From assembly GCF_009914755.1 (NCBI RefSeq), contig NC_060936.1: 64,000 bases of DNA; one strand, given 5' to 3'. This document shows positions 40,363 to 53,776 of this stretch, piece by piece. Every line of letters begins with the position of its first letter. The first letter of the stretch is position 1. The notes below the pieces were generated by a model. The model saw nothing but the letters and a program-made list of their open reading frames with translations, searched no databases and was not told the DNA's origin. Made by a program: the position numbers and the translations under genes. This DNA comes from the human T2T-CHM13v2.0 reference genome, Homo sapiens.

Positions 40363-42208
40363 GTTTAAGTCTCCTTCCCAGCATTTCTCAGAAACTGCTT
40401 ATGGAAAAAAATAATAATAAATGAAAGGGTTGGCTTGTTTGCCCTTCAACTGGTTAGCCCCACAGAGTGAGGCATAGGAAATTAAATTTGGCATAAAATA
40501 TTATAGCTTTTTGAACACCCGTGGCTTTTCCATCTCATGGTAATCGTAAAGAAAAAAAAATAGTTTTTTGTTTAATTTTTCTCCCCCCTCATTTTCCTCA
40601 CCATGATATCCTTCCTGTGGGTGATCTTGAACCTGTCTTACAATTGTATGGTGTTGAAATCTCCACTCAGTTAATTTCAGCAGTGTAGTTGGGAGTTTTA
40701 TATGCAACAAAAATCCCAAGGCTCGTTAATAGTCTACCATGAGGCTGCAGGAAGACATCAACAGAAACAATATGTTGACACGAACTGAAATTCTCCATCA
40801 GAGAAAATTTGTTTTCTACACAGGCTTCAGCTGGAAAAAGCTGAAGAGCCCTATAAAATCTTGAATGCTAATAGCGTCGTTTTTCATTTAATAAATATCT
40901 ACTGGGCACCTTGTATGTGCCAGGCACTGTTCTGGGTGCTGAATATACAAAGGTGAACAAAACAGACAATGCCCTTGCTCTGCTGGTGGGAAGAAAAAGA
41001 CAGAAAACAAGTAAATGGATTAATCAGCGATAAAGACACTTCAGATAGTGCTATGAAGAAAATACAGTGATGGGTAGAGAGTGACAGAGGTGTTCAGCGG
41101 AGAAGTGATCAGGGAAGGCTTCTCAGAGGAGGTGATGTTGGAGACTTGAAAGATAAAGGAGTATACAAGCATACACATGGAGAAGGTTCAGATTGACTTC
41201 AGATTAGATCTATATTAAGGTCGTATCCTGGAAGATAAAAATCCACATCGTGCCCAAGGATTGTGTGTGTGAATTGGATGAGATTTCTCTTATGCAAAAT
41301 TCAACCCGTTTTGGGTTTTTGTGACTCATTGTTACTTCCTGCATTGCTTCACTGATCATGTTCTTTTTCCGAGGCTGCCCACCTAAACTGAGCTGAGGAA
41401 GGAACGTTTCCCTTGCTCCAGTCTTGCTGGCTTTTGTCTGTGTGTTGATATTCTCCTGAAGTTTGCAATTAGAAAGTCCAAGTGTTCCATTAGTGCCTGT
41501 GGGCTGGGGCTCGGGCTAGGTGAGAGATGATATGAACACTGACCTGTCCTTTAGTCATCTGAGAGAGATGAGACTCCAGGGGCCACGGAAGCAGAAATCC
41601 CTCACCCCTCTGTGTAGCACATTTGGGACCTTTGTGGTGAAAACTAAAACTTCCTCTTGTCCTGTCCTCAGGATTATGGAGAGCATTGTTTGCATAATCT
41701 AGCAAAAAGAAAAACAATTTGACTCACTCACCCTCAAGGATTTTTAAATTTAAATGTTATATATTTATTTTTAAGGTAATACAATGATATTGTTTAAAAC
41801 TCAAAAGAACCAAGAAAATATTCCGTGAAAGGCACCTGGTCTTGACTTCCAAGGCAACCAATGATAGTAGTTTCATGGGTATCTTTCCAGAGATAGTTTA
41901 TATCTGTCTACAGGCAAAAGAGTGAAGATATTCTTCCTCCCTTTTGTTGAAACATAAAACACAGTAAACATATATGTTATATATGTAAAAATACCTGTAT
42001 ATGTAAATATGTCTATATTTATAGATATATGTACATATTTCATATAACTTTAAATATAACACAAAGAGCTTTCTAATTATTTTTATGGCTAAATAGTATT
42101 TCCTTGTTTGTACTATAGTTTACTTAACCAGTTCCCTATTGCTGGAGATTTAAGTTGTTTTAATCTTTTCTTTATAACATACAATGCTACAATGAATATA
42201 TGTCATTT

Positions 42209-42209
42209 C

Positions 42210-42250
<41 letters not shown>

Positions 42251-42424
42251 TGTATATATATATGTGTGTGTGTATATATGTGTGTGTGTGTATATATATG
42301 TGTGTGTGTGTATATATATATGTATATATATATATATACGTATATATATGTATATATATATACGTATATATATATATGTGTGTGTATATATATACATATA
42401 TATATATATATGTATATATATATG
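42209..42424. repeat. Compound (TA)n/(TG)n microsatellite
   Basis: ~215 bp of strict purine-pyrimidine alternation. Confidence 0.97.
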
Positions 42425-42636
42425 AGGGGCTGCAGGGTCCAAGGTTATGTCCTTTGTAATTTTGATAGATGATGCCAAATTACCTTCTAGAGAGGTCTGG
42501 CTTCCACCACTGAGGAAACATACTAATTTAAACCCAGCATCTATGGCTATCAGGACAAGCTTCAGTGCAAGCCACGCTAAGTAGCTTTTTCAGGAAACTG
42601 GTAAATCCTGGGCCACAGAACTTTTTGATAACTTGT

Positions 42637-42788
42637 AAAAAAAGAAAGAAAGAAAAACAAAGAAAGAAAGAGAGAGAGAGGGAGAAAGAAAGAAAGAGAG
42701 AGAAAGAAAAAGAAAGAGAGAGAGGTAAGGAAGGAAAGGAAAGGAGAAAGGAAGGGAGAGGAGAGGAGAGGAGAAAGGAAAGGAAAAG
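42637..42788. repeat. Polypurine (GA/GAAA/GGAA) tract
   Basis: ~150 bp almost purine-only on the + strand. Confidence 0.95.
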
Positions 42789-43788
42789 CTTCCTTGCCAC
42801 AATTCAGAGTTCTAGAGAGAATATTGATGCTTCATTTCCAAGGTACCAAGTAAATAAATCAATGTTGCACCCAACTAGATCTTGCTGACCATCTGTATCA
42901 ATGATGCTCCAAGAGTAAATAAAATAAGCCCCCAATAAAAACTGCAGTGCAGCTCCTAATTTACGTAAAATGGATGAGTGGTGGTGTAAAGTATGTTTTT
43001 ACTTTGTTATTTTAAAGCAAACCCCACAGACATGATGTCGTTTCACCTCAACATATTTCGTTATGCATCTCTCAAAACCTACAGTTGTTTTCTTAAATAA
43101 TAGTAACCATAATGCCATGATCACAGCTAATAAAATTATCAGTCATTCTTTAGGATCACTTACTATCCAGTCTGTGTAACTAAGTATTCCCAATTGATTC
43201 AAAAAGGTATTTTAAATGGTTTTGTTCAAATTGGTATCTGCACAAAGTCCTCAAACCAAATTTGGTTGTTCTATTATCTAGAGCAGTCTCCTCCCTTACT
43301 TTTATTCCCTGCCACTGACTTAACTGAAAAAACCAGGTATTTTGCCCTATAGAATGTCTCTTATCATGTGTTTGGCTTTTTGCTTCCTTGTGGTGTCATT
43401 TAGCTTGTTCCTCTACTCCTGCTTCCTAGTGCTAAATGGAAGTTAGTGCTAAAGACTTGACTAGATTCAGTTTCAACTTTATTGGCAAGAATACATTATG
43501 GGTGGTGCTGCCCAATGATGCTTTTGCCATGATGAATTCCTGAAGAGATACCAGGGCAGCAGCTTCTCTTCTCTTGACCCTTCCTTGATAATATTTCTAT
43601 CAGTGTTTGTTTAAAAAAAACAAAAACTGGCTTCCTGTTTCTCTTTCCCTATACAACTGCTTTCCAGAACCAGATCAACTGAATCTGAGCTGATTAATAC
43701 AGCTAATGAATTAGAGACGGCAAATCCTGGCAAGCCCATACCTTGGTCAGTGCCTGTCCCTTGGCTCCACTTACAGGATTCTGTAGAG

Positions 43789-43979
43789 CAGTGTTGGCCA
43801 AGAGAACTTTCTGTAGTGATAGAAATGTTCTACATCTGTACTCTCCAGTATGGTAGCCAGTCACCTTAGGTAGCTAGTGAACACTTGAAATGTTGCTAGT
43901 GTTTTTAATTAAATGTAAATTTTTAATTAAATTTAAATAGCCATTATGTGGCTAGTGGATGTCATATTTGATAGTGCAG
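43789..43979. mobile_element. MER3 hAT DNA transposon
   Basis: agaactttctgtagtgatagaaatgttctacatctg...tggtagcc...atgtggctagtgg; 8-bp TSD-like ctgtagag / ctataaag. Confidence 0.85.
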
Positions 43980-44613
43980 CTATAAAGTCGTTTTAAAATG
44001 ACTTGAGACACACACCTTTCCCACCTCCCTTAGGACCTAACTGCTTCTGTTTTAAAAAGAGCTTTTAAGAAGTCATATTTCATATGTTTGGTTAGTGAGA
44101 TTGACTTTTACAAAGCTGCTGCTGAATTTGATGAGCAGTCCAAGGGCTTCAAGTGAGCCACTATTTGCACCAAATCCACCTGGGCTTGGCCCAAGCAGAT
44201 GATGGAAGGAAGTCACTGATCGCAGGGCAAAGCTAGACTCGGGCCCAGGTCCTGGAAAGGAGAAGTGAATGCGGGAAGTTGCTCTGTGCAAAATTGATAA
44301 GAAGCCTTTGGCTAAACAGCAAATCCCTAACTGCCATCAGGATATGTGGGAACAGGCATATTATTGATTAGTAGATGTGTGAAGTAGACTTTGTCCAAAA
44401 AGAATCTCAGGTGCCAAATTTTTCTTTTGAAACCATGCGCCCAATGTGGCTGATGTCTACAGTGGTAGAGATATGAATACAGATAATCTATCTGGATGTG
44501 TTCAAACTGACAAAATGTTGAACACCTTCACTTTTCAAAGTAGTGGGTACAAATTGTGTTAGGTACAAAGAAGATTAAAGGTTAGGTACAAAGGTGATTA
44601 AGACATGGTCCCA

Positions 44614-44915
44614 GGCCAGGCACGGTGGCTCACGCCTGTAATCCCACCACTTTGGGAGGCAGAGGCGAGCGGATCACCTCAGGTCAGGAGTTCAAGACCA
44701 GCCTGGCCAACATGGTGAAACCCCGTCTCTACTAAAAATACAAAAATTAGCTGGGTGTGGTGGCGCATGTCTGTAGTCCCAGCTATTCAGGAGTCTGAGG
44801 CAAGAGAATGGCTTGAACCTGGGAAGCAGAGGTTGCAGTGAGCCAAGATCGCACCACTGCACTCCAGTCTGGGCGACTGAGTAAGACTCCATCTCAAAAA
44901 AAAAAAAAAAAAAAA
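44614..44915 (+). mobile_element. AluSx-like
   Basis: Full dimer with A-tail; TSD gacatggtccc. Confidence 0.96.
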
Positions 44916-46271
44916 TGACATGGTCCCTGCGCAAAAGGAGCTTGCAATCTAGTAACAGATTATTATCTATTGACTATTGATTATGTGCTAAGCATCTTTC
45001 ATAGTTCTTATTTGATCCTTACAAAACTGTAATAAGGAAGGCACTATTAGCCCCATTTTAGAGATGAGGAAATTGAGGCCTAGGGAGATTAAGTTACCAG
45101 TTCAAAGTAGTGCAGCTACTTAAAGGATGGAGGCAGGATGCAAACTCAAGCTTAAGCCACCATTATACTTCTCTAGCACTATAGGATTTGAGTCTCCCGA
45201 TGGCTCTTCATACCCACACTTCAAACCCTGCCTTCTTACCATCTCCTCTTGCTCCTTGACCCAAAGCCCTGCCATGGCCTCCTCTCTCTCATCTACAGTA
45301 AAAGGCAGGCTGTTTACACAGGCCCACAAGACCCTTGATTATCATTCCCCTGTTATCTTACTATCTTACTGTTCACTCCTCTACCTCTCTCCACTGAAGC
45401 CACCCTGGCCTCCTCCCATTTTAGTTTCTTTGCACTGACAGGGCTGCTTTTAAGAACATGTTTCATTCAAGTATGAAAATAACTCATCTCCTGCAAGTCT
45501 AAATAAATATCACCTTTTCAGTGACACCTACCCTGAACATATATTCTCTTAACCCCTGACCCCACTATATTTTATAATTTACTTTTTTCTTATTAATAGT
45601 CTGCTGTTACTCACCCCACCATACACACACAGGAATGTAAGTTCTATGAGGTCAGGAGCTCTCCCTTCCCCATTTTGTTCACTGCCATTTTTCAAACACC
45701 CAGAACAGTGCTGGGTACATAATGGGTGTTGGGTAGATGTTTGTTGACTGAAGATGGATGAAGCTCAGGTGTGTCCAATTTCAAAACCACTGAGTACTGA
45801 GTCACACTTGCGTATATTTTATATGTGAACACAAACCTACTTGTCTGTATCTGCCAAGTTAATCTGGGTCACTTCTAACTGTATGATGATCAGAGTATCC
45901 TGTGCAAATACATGTGGGAGCTACTTCCTTTAATTTCCAGTCTCTCTTGAGACAGCACTAATGAAGCTGTCACTTGTGGCTTCCTATAGGGCCAGACATG
46001 GTCAGAAATTGTGGTCAGCCAGCTTCCACATATGAGGATACTACCCCAGCCCTGAAGAGCGGCTTTTTTTGTTTGTTCATTTTTGGTAACTTTGCCTTTA
46101 CAAAAGAAGAAATATTATGCTTGTTATTACCAGCCTTGTTGAGGACTGAGATGTGGGAGGATGATTAAGGAGCATGGTACCTTAGGCAGTATTTGTAGTG
46201 AGTGAAAAAGGATGTAGCTTTATGATTAAGCTACAATTTTTGCCACCCTGCTATTCAAAGTGTTGAATAGA

Positions 46272-46567
<296 letters not shown>

Positions 46568-46598
46568 TCATGTTTCTCTTTTTGAAAAAAAAAAATAG

Positions 46599-46733
46599 GT
46601 TATTCTTGGTGAGAATTTGACTTCAAATTGTCCAGAGGTTATCTATGAAATTAAAGAAGAGACACCTGTTTTCTACAAACTCGTTCCTGATCCTGTGAAG
46701 AATATCTACATTTATCTAACAGCTGGGAAAGAG
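46599..46733 (+). CDS. PLXNC1: Plexin C1 exon 3 (135 nt, VILGENLTSNCPEVIYEIKEETPVFYKLVPDPVKNIYIYLTAGKE)
   Basis: Acceptor aaaaatag|GTT, donor GAG|gtaggt; phase 0-0; continues the Sema frame. Confidence 0.93.
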
Positions 46734-47422
46734 GTAGGTAGAAATACTAGTTATTGCTTCTGATTTATGAATAAAAATGGTTTAATTGATGTCATTATCT
46801 AGTAGCAAAGCTTTTACTTTGAACTACAGAGTTTAAGCAGTGCCCCAGGCTTTGAGGAGACCCGCAGTGGTTCACAGGCACGGAATTAAAAACCTTACTG
46901 ACTGTCAGTAAGTAAGCAAGAAATATTATCTATTTAGACAATTTTATTATTGGCTATATTTCCAGTGCCAAGTTTTTCAGAGGAGGGTGTGCTTGGAAAT
47001 GGGCGCATAATCAGCAAGGTAACTGAATTTACACATTTATTGTGTGGGCACTGAACGGTTAGATGCATTTATGAATATACCCAATGGGACTGGCTTTGGA
47101 ATTTGGGGTTAATATCAGGCCACAGTCTCATACACATTCATGAACCAGGAAATATATGGTACTCCCCCTCCCCCTCTTCATTTATCTTGCTGTTTTGGCT
47201 TTTCTTTTGCTTCTGCTTACTGAAATAAAAGTAATATATTTTTATATTTTCTTCATCTTTACCAAGTGCTGTCACCAAGGGAAGGGGAAAAGAAACTAAT
47301 TGTTAATGAGTCTCTACTATGCATTAGTCACTATTCTTTGCATGATCTCTGTCTAGGTGCATAGAATTGTGTACATATACATACACACAAGTGTAGAAAA
47401 CAGTGTTAATGAAATGTGTTAC

Positions 47423-47951
<529 letters not shown>

Positions 47952-48006
47952 TTATTTTATGTGAAGAATCTAAGACTTGGAGAGGTTAAATAACTTGTTC
48001 AAGAAT

Positions 48007-48077
48007 ATCTGTATCTATCTATCTATCTATCTATCTGTCTATCTATCTATCTATCTATCATCTATCTATCTATCTAT
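48007..48077. repeat. Compound (TCTA)n/(TCTG) tetranucleotide STR
   Basis: Direct observation. Confidence 0.96.
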
Positions 48078-49244
48078 AGGTTAGCCTTTGCAGGGCTGTG
48101 ACAAAAACTCAACCCTGATTCTAAAGCCTCTGATAAATGATATTAAATCCAAAATTTGTGAAAACTGGACATTCCCTGGCTCAGTGGTTTTGACCTATGA
48201 CCGTTTGAACATGGAAAGTGCAAAGAAGATAATTGAGACTTACATAATTATATAATGGATGTAACAGATACTCTCAGCCCAACCCTGGTTTTCCATTCTT
48301 TTCCTTTCAGTCATTCTAAGGAAAATAGCAATGACAGCAATCTACATGTGCTTTTTGAGTCACAGATAAGATGTGCAAGCAATTTGTAGTTTCTGGTATT
48401 CTTATAAAGACGATACTGTTCTTTGCACATTGAAAAGTCAGTTATATCAAAATGACCACACTGAGATGGCCACATCTTCCCACAGAGCTTGTAAACCAGT
48501 CCTTCACCATATAGAATCTCCTATGCCAATTTGCTTCACCATGCAGACACTTTGTATTATGTTTCTTCCCTGGGGATCCCATCTTTGAAAGACTTTTGTC
48601 TACCCAACAAACTGCACATATTAAGTAACAGTTCCCATTCCCAGGGTTTATTTATCAAGGGCATCTCAAAACTGCCGGTCAGAGTACTGACTGTGTTCCC
48701 ACATGGAGCTGATAAAATTCCAACCCAAAGCAAAGAAACTTGATATCTTCCTTAATCCATGCGTGTTTTTCCATTCAGCTGTCTGAAATATTGCAAATAG
48801 CTCATAAGCCCCCATTACTTCCTTCATGGATAGTAATGGAACCCCAGAACTCAGGACCCCAGGCTGGGAACCATTATGAAAAGCCACCAGTAGTTGATGG
48901 GTTCCCACTTTCTAGAAAGCAAAAAGTTCTAGCCTCTGATCATTCAAAGCCTGAAGTCCTGGGAAGAGTTTTTGACTGGGCATCAAAGCTGGTTAGCCCT
49001 GCATTCTTCACTGAGGATTACTGCTAGAGATCCTACTGTTTGAACTCTGGCTGAGCAAATATAACGCCTAAAGAGACAAAGTCCAAGGAAGGCTCTTGGG
49101 GAGATAAGAACAGCCAAACTAATAAGCTATGGGATATCCATAAAATGGTATGATACGGGGCCGCTAAAAATAATCATATGGAGATGTAGGCATTGATATG
49201 GAATAGTCACTACGGTCTGTTATTAAATTAGAGGGCAGGTCTAA

Positions 49245-49863
<619 letters not shown>

Positions 49864-51087
49864 AGTGTCCTCCCTCTTATACAGAGTTATATTTGTGTGT
49901 TTAAATAGACTGAGTAATAGTTCTCAGAGAATGTTCTGGAGACCCATATTCCACAGAATGCTCTGAGCAAAAGTGGTCCCAGAACCAGCTGTTACTTACT
50001 ATACCCCTCCTGGAATACTGTGAGGCTCAGCATAGTCAAAGGCTCCGAGAAGCCCTGTGCTAAGGAAACCCGTTTTGCTTTTTCAGTCTGAGGTTTTATG
50101 TTTGCTGGATCATGGAGCCCTTTTCTTGCATAATAGCAGTAACCAATACTTATTGAACATTTAGTACCTGTCAGACAATAGTTCATAATAACCCCATGAA
50201 GTCGTGATCCATTTTACAGATGAGGAAACAAGGTTAGAGAGATTGCATGACACTTATTAAAATCCATCAGTGTTACAGAGGCATTTGTGAACTACAAGGA
50301 AATACCTCCATTCTGGTTAATTCCGGCTCAGGATCACGGGCTGCCAGCTGCATCTGTCAGCAGTGTTGGGGACTATGAAATGGAAGGGCGTGGTTATCCC
50401 CCATGAAGTCAACTTGGAACTGAAGGATCCAGCTCAGGATAGTCCTTGTTTTCCTCACAAAATAGAGAAAAATAGAGAGGTCCCTTCTAGAACTCCTTAT
50501 TTCTCTAACCTGCTAAAGAAGTTATTTATACTATCTAGCATGTACAACTTCCTGGCATAATGAGTTCCACAAGTTCCCTTACTACCTGCTGTGTGGTTTT
50601 GCCTGCAGAAAGTGCTCTGTGTGATGCTCAGTTACTCCCTGCCTCTCACCGCCCTACTTGCAGGCTCTGACTGGCTGCCTAGATGTCTGGGTCTGCCCAG
50701 CTGGGGTGCCCTCTTTGTGGGCTGCTGTTTCCTGACAATGGCAAGAGGCAGCTCTAGGGATGGGGAAATGATTTGACTACTCCCCCTGTTTCTTTTATTT
50801 TCAACTCCACTGGAGGGGTGTGAGCAAAACAAGCCAGGAGCTGAGGTGACGGCGCTGCCCCTGGCAGGGGTGTGGGAGGGCCTCGTCCCTGGTCCTCCTC
50901 GTTTCCACATTGAGTGCCAAACTCCTGCTGACACTCCTGGGGCAGAGCCTTTGTTATTCCCTAATACTCATTTCCAAAATGCCATTGGCCACATATGGAC
51001 TGTCTCTGTATGAAAACCAGGCAACCTGATTCCATGATCCGTATGGAAATCATCATTAGCAGATCGGAAACCCAACTGGGTGTCAGA

Positions 51088-51391
51088 CTCACCTGAGAGA
51101 GAGCTCTTAAAATACAGATTCCTGGCCAGACACAGTGGTGCACGCCTGCAACCTCAGCACTTTTGGGAGGAGTGCTTTGAGCCCAGAAGTTCAAAACCAG
51201 CCTGGGCAACGTAGTGAGACCCTGTGTCTTTAAGAAAAAAATCTTTTAAATGAAAAAATACAACTTCCTAGGCTCTGCCCCCAGACTTAGCGAGAGTCTC
51301 TGCGGCAGAGGCCTGGGAATACGCACTGTCAAAAGCTCCCCAGGTGATTGTGATACAATGACTTCATGTCCTAGATCTTGAGACCCACTGC
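51088..51391. mobile_element. MER5-type relic interrupted by a FLAM monomer (51124-51243, +)
   Basis: tcacctg...ttaaaatacagattcct / aagctccccaggtgatt...ttgagacccactg. Confidence 0.65.
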
Positions 51392-51523
51392 CCAGTGCCA
51401 GTATGGAGGTGTTGAGTTCAAGTTGATAAATAGGCTCTTTTTGGCCCTTCATTAGATAAGGTGTTGTAGTTTTCCTGCTGTTGCTTATAATTCCATCTGA
51501 ACCATTGTCCTCTTTCCTTTTAG

Positions 51524-51624
51524 GTGAGGAGAATTCGTGTTGCAAACTGCAATAAACATAAATCCTGTTCGGAGTGTTTAACAGCCACAGACCCTCACTG
51601 CGGTTGGTGCCATTCGCTACAAAG
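51524..51624 (+). CDS. PLXNC1: Plexin C1 exon 4 (101 nt, VRRIRVANCNKHKSCSECLTATDPHCGWCHSLQ(R)); gene continues beyond the window
   Basis: Acceptor ctttccttttag|GTG, donor AAG|gtatct; PSI signature CxxCxxxxDPxCGWC; phase 0-2. Confidence 0.96.
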
Positions 51625-51779
51625 GTATCTCCTGAATTCTTTCTCACCAACTCGCATTTTTGAAAAAGTGTCATGCGGCAGAACACTTGTTGCCCTACTT
51701 TAACGATCCATTCCAGTGACCTGAGGGAACTGATCTCTTCCTCGACTAAAATCTTGTTGTGCAATCCTAATGAATTCTC

Positions 51780-52310
51780 GAAGGTGTTTCCAGCGGCGTC
51801 CGTGCTATGCAATCACTGGACCCGGGAGCTCCCCAGTCTCGGGGCGGGAGGGGCAGGTGTGCAGCCTTCAGGAGAACGGGAGAGAGCAGGCAGGTTTGGC
51901 TTTTACTTTCTCCAGAGTTCGCCAAGACTCAAGAGAGAGGCAAAAGGGCCCCCCCTCCGAGAAGATAAAAGAATAGAGATGTCTGAAAATTTTTCAGCTG
52001 AATCCCCATCATGTATGTCATGTATTCTGTTCGCTCCGCAGAAGCCTCGTTATTGATGGCGCCGTCTCCTAATGCGCCGCGCAGCTGTGGGCCTGATGTA
52101 CAATCTCAGTCTCCGGGCAGAATCTGCCCAGCCTGGTCTGGAATGACGATGCTCACGACCCATCTAGGCTCAGGGGCGACTCGGAGCGGCTTCCCCGCCA
52201 TGGCAGTTTCCTAGCGTCGCTGGGCCCGGCCTGGTTGGATTCGCCGTCGCCATGGCAACCCAGTACTGGGGCTCTTGCTGGAGAAGCAAAGGAGGAGAGA
52301 GCCTTCGCTG
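51780..52310. promoter_or_regulatory. Small CpG-rich intronic element with RFX X-box (candidate enhancer / alternative promoter)
   Basis: Local CpG retention in non-repetitive DNA; GC box ggggcgggaggggc at 51841-51854; X-box GTCGCCATGGCAAC at 52246-52259. Confidence 0.6.
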
Positions 52311-53476
52311 CAGCTCAGGCAGGAAAGAGAGAGAGAGAGAGAGAAAAAAAAAAACCCATAACAGTGTCTGTCAGTTTGGTGCTTTCAGTTTTTAAAGGTG
52401 AAAAGGATAAGAAAGAGCAGAGCAGGTGGAGAGATGCTGAAGGCTGAACCAGGGGACAGTTTGGGTTTAGAAAAGAGCAGGAGGAAGAGAATTGGTGACT
52501 GAAGGAGGAGGCAGCCAAGAGAAATGAAGGGAGAGGGGGAAATGCAATACAAGCAAGAGGTTTAGGAAACAAATCAAAAATACGGGGATGGAATTAATTA
52601 AGAGTTCACGGGGGAAGGCGCAATCCGAGCTGCAGCAAGAGGAATAATTGCCCCTGCTATTTGCTACGCTTCCTTACCGGGCTGTTTCCGTCAGAGTCAC
52701 TGGCAGACAAACGAAGCAAGGGCCAGAAAAATGCTCATGAATAATTCACTGATCACGAACGGGATTTGTTTGTTGCACACTCAGTGAGCAGTCTTGCCAT
52801 AATCTTTTAGATCCATTCATTTATGTAGCATCCCTGTCTGTATTTGTAGAGCTGTGTACAGGAGTCAATTCGATAATGGTGGCGATGATGGTGGTGATTA
52901 AATAGCCACATGGAGCTAGCGGCTAACGTATTAACAAGCTCAGCTCTGGAGCTTTTGGGAGATCTCCAAGCTGGTGATATGAATTTGGGAGTTGGTAGTA
53001 TTTTAGATGGTACTTAGAGAAGCCTTAAGACCAGACGAAGGAGTGAGTGTTGATTGAGGAGAGAAGTTTGAGAACTGGGCCTTGAGGGGCTGTGGTGTTT
53101 AGGGGTTGGGGAGAAGGAGGGGAAACAGAACAAGAAATAAGGAGGGAGCAGTCAGAAGGGGAAGAGGAAAAACTGGAGAGGGTGGTCTCCTGGAAGCCAA
53201 GGAAAGAAAGGAGGAGGAAGTGATCCACTGGGTCAGATTCAGCTGAGAGGTCAAGCAGGAGAAGAAAAGAATGGATCCTTTGCACTTAGCAGGTGACAAT
53301 GGGTGACTGCTGGGAATGCCATGGTTAGGAGTGGCGCTAAATCCACAAGAGACAATGGGAAAATAAGACCTTAAGAAGGGACAGCTTAGAGAAGCTTTAC
53401 TGAGAAAGGCAGCTGAAAAAAATGAAGCAGACACTGAAAGCGAAAGTAGAGTCCAAAGAATTTTGTCTTTTTGTCC

Positions 53477-53776
53477 TTTTTTTTTTTTTTTTTGAGATGG
53501 ACTCTGGCTTTGTCTCCCAGGCTGGGGTGCAGTGGCATGATCTTGGCTCACTGCAACCTCCACCTCCCAGGTTCAAGCCGATTCTCCTGCCGCAGCCTCC
53601 CGAGTAGCTGGGATTACCGGTACGTGCCACCATGCCCGACTAATTTTTGTATTTTTAGTAGAGATGGGGTTTCACCATGTTGGCCAGGTTGGTCTCGAAC
53701 TCCTGACCTCAGGTGATCCGCCTGCCTCAGCCTCCCAAATTGCCAGGATTACAGCCGTGAGCCACCACGCCCAGCC
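53477..53776 (-). mobile_element. AluS (antisense, intron 4)
   Basis: Poly-T then antisense Alu; TSD ttttgtcttttt. Confidence 0.95.

Larger units (their letters stand above)
41740..43510 (-). mobile_element. Fragmented old L1M relics
   Basis: AT-rich antisense L1M-like motifs (aggcaacc...tagtttc, aatgctacaatgaatat, ttggcaagaatac); approximate. Confidence 0.5.

Noticed and set aside
41761-41781. Second AG|GT motif (tttttaag|gtaata) in intron 2
   Set aside because: Weak donor, in an old L1 relic, with no obvious downstream exon-defining donor.
42108-42888. ORFs rich in CVYI / KER
   Set aside because: Translations of microsatellite and polypurine tracts.
51551-51556. AATAAA inside exon 4
   Set aside because: It encodes N-K; cleavage here would give a non-stop mRNA, and there is no clear downstream element.
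51246-51812. 188-aa antisense ORF across exon 4
   Set aside because: TTG start, ends in a MER5 relic, no recognisable domain; at most part of a non-coding antisense RNA.
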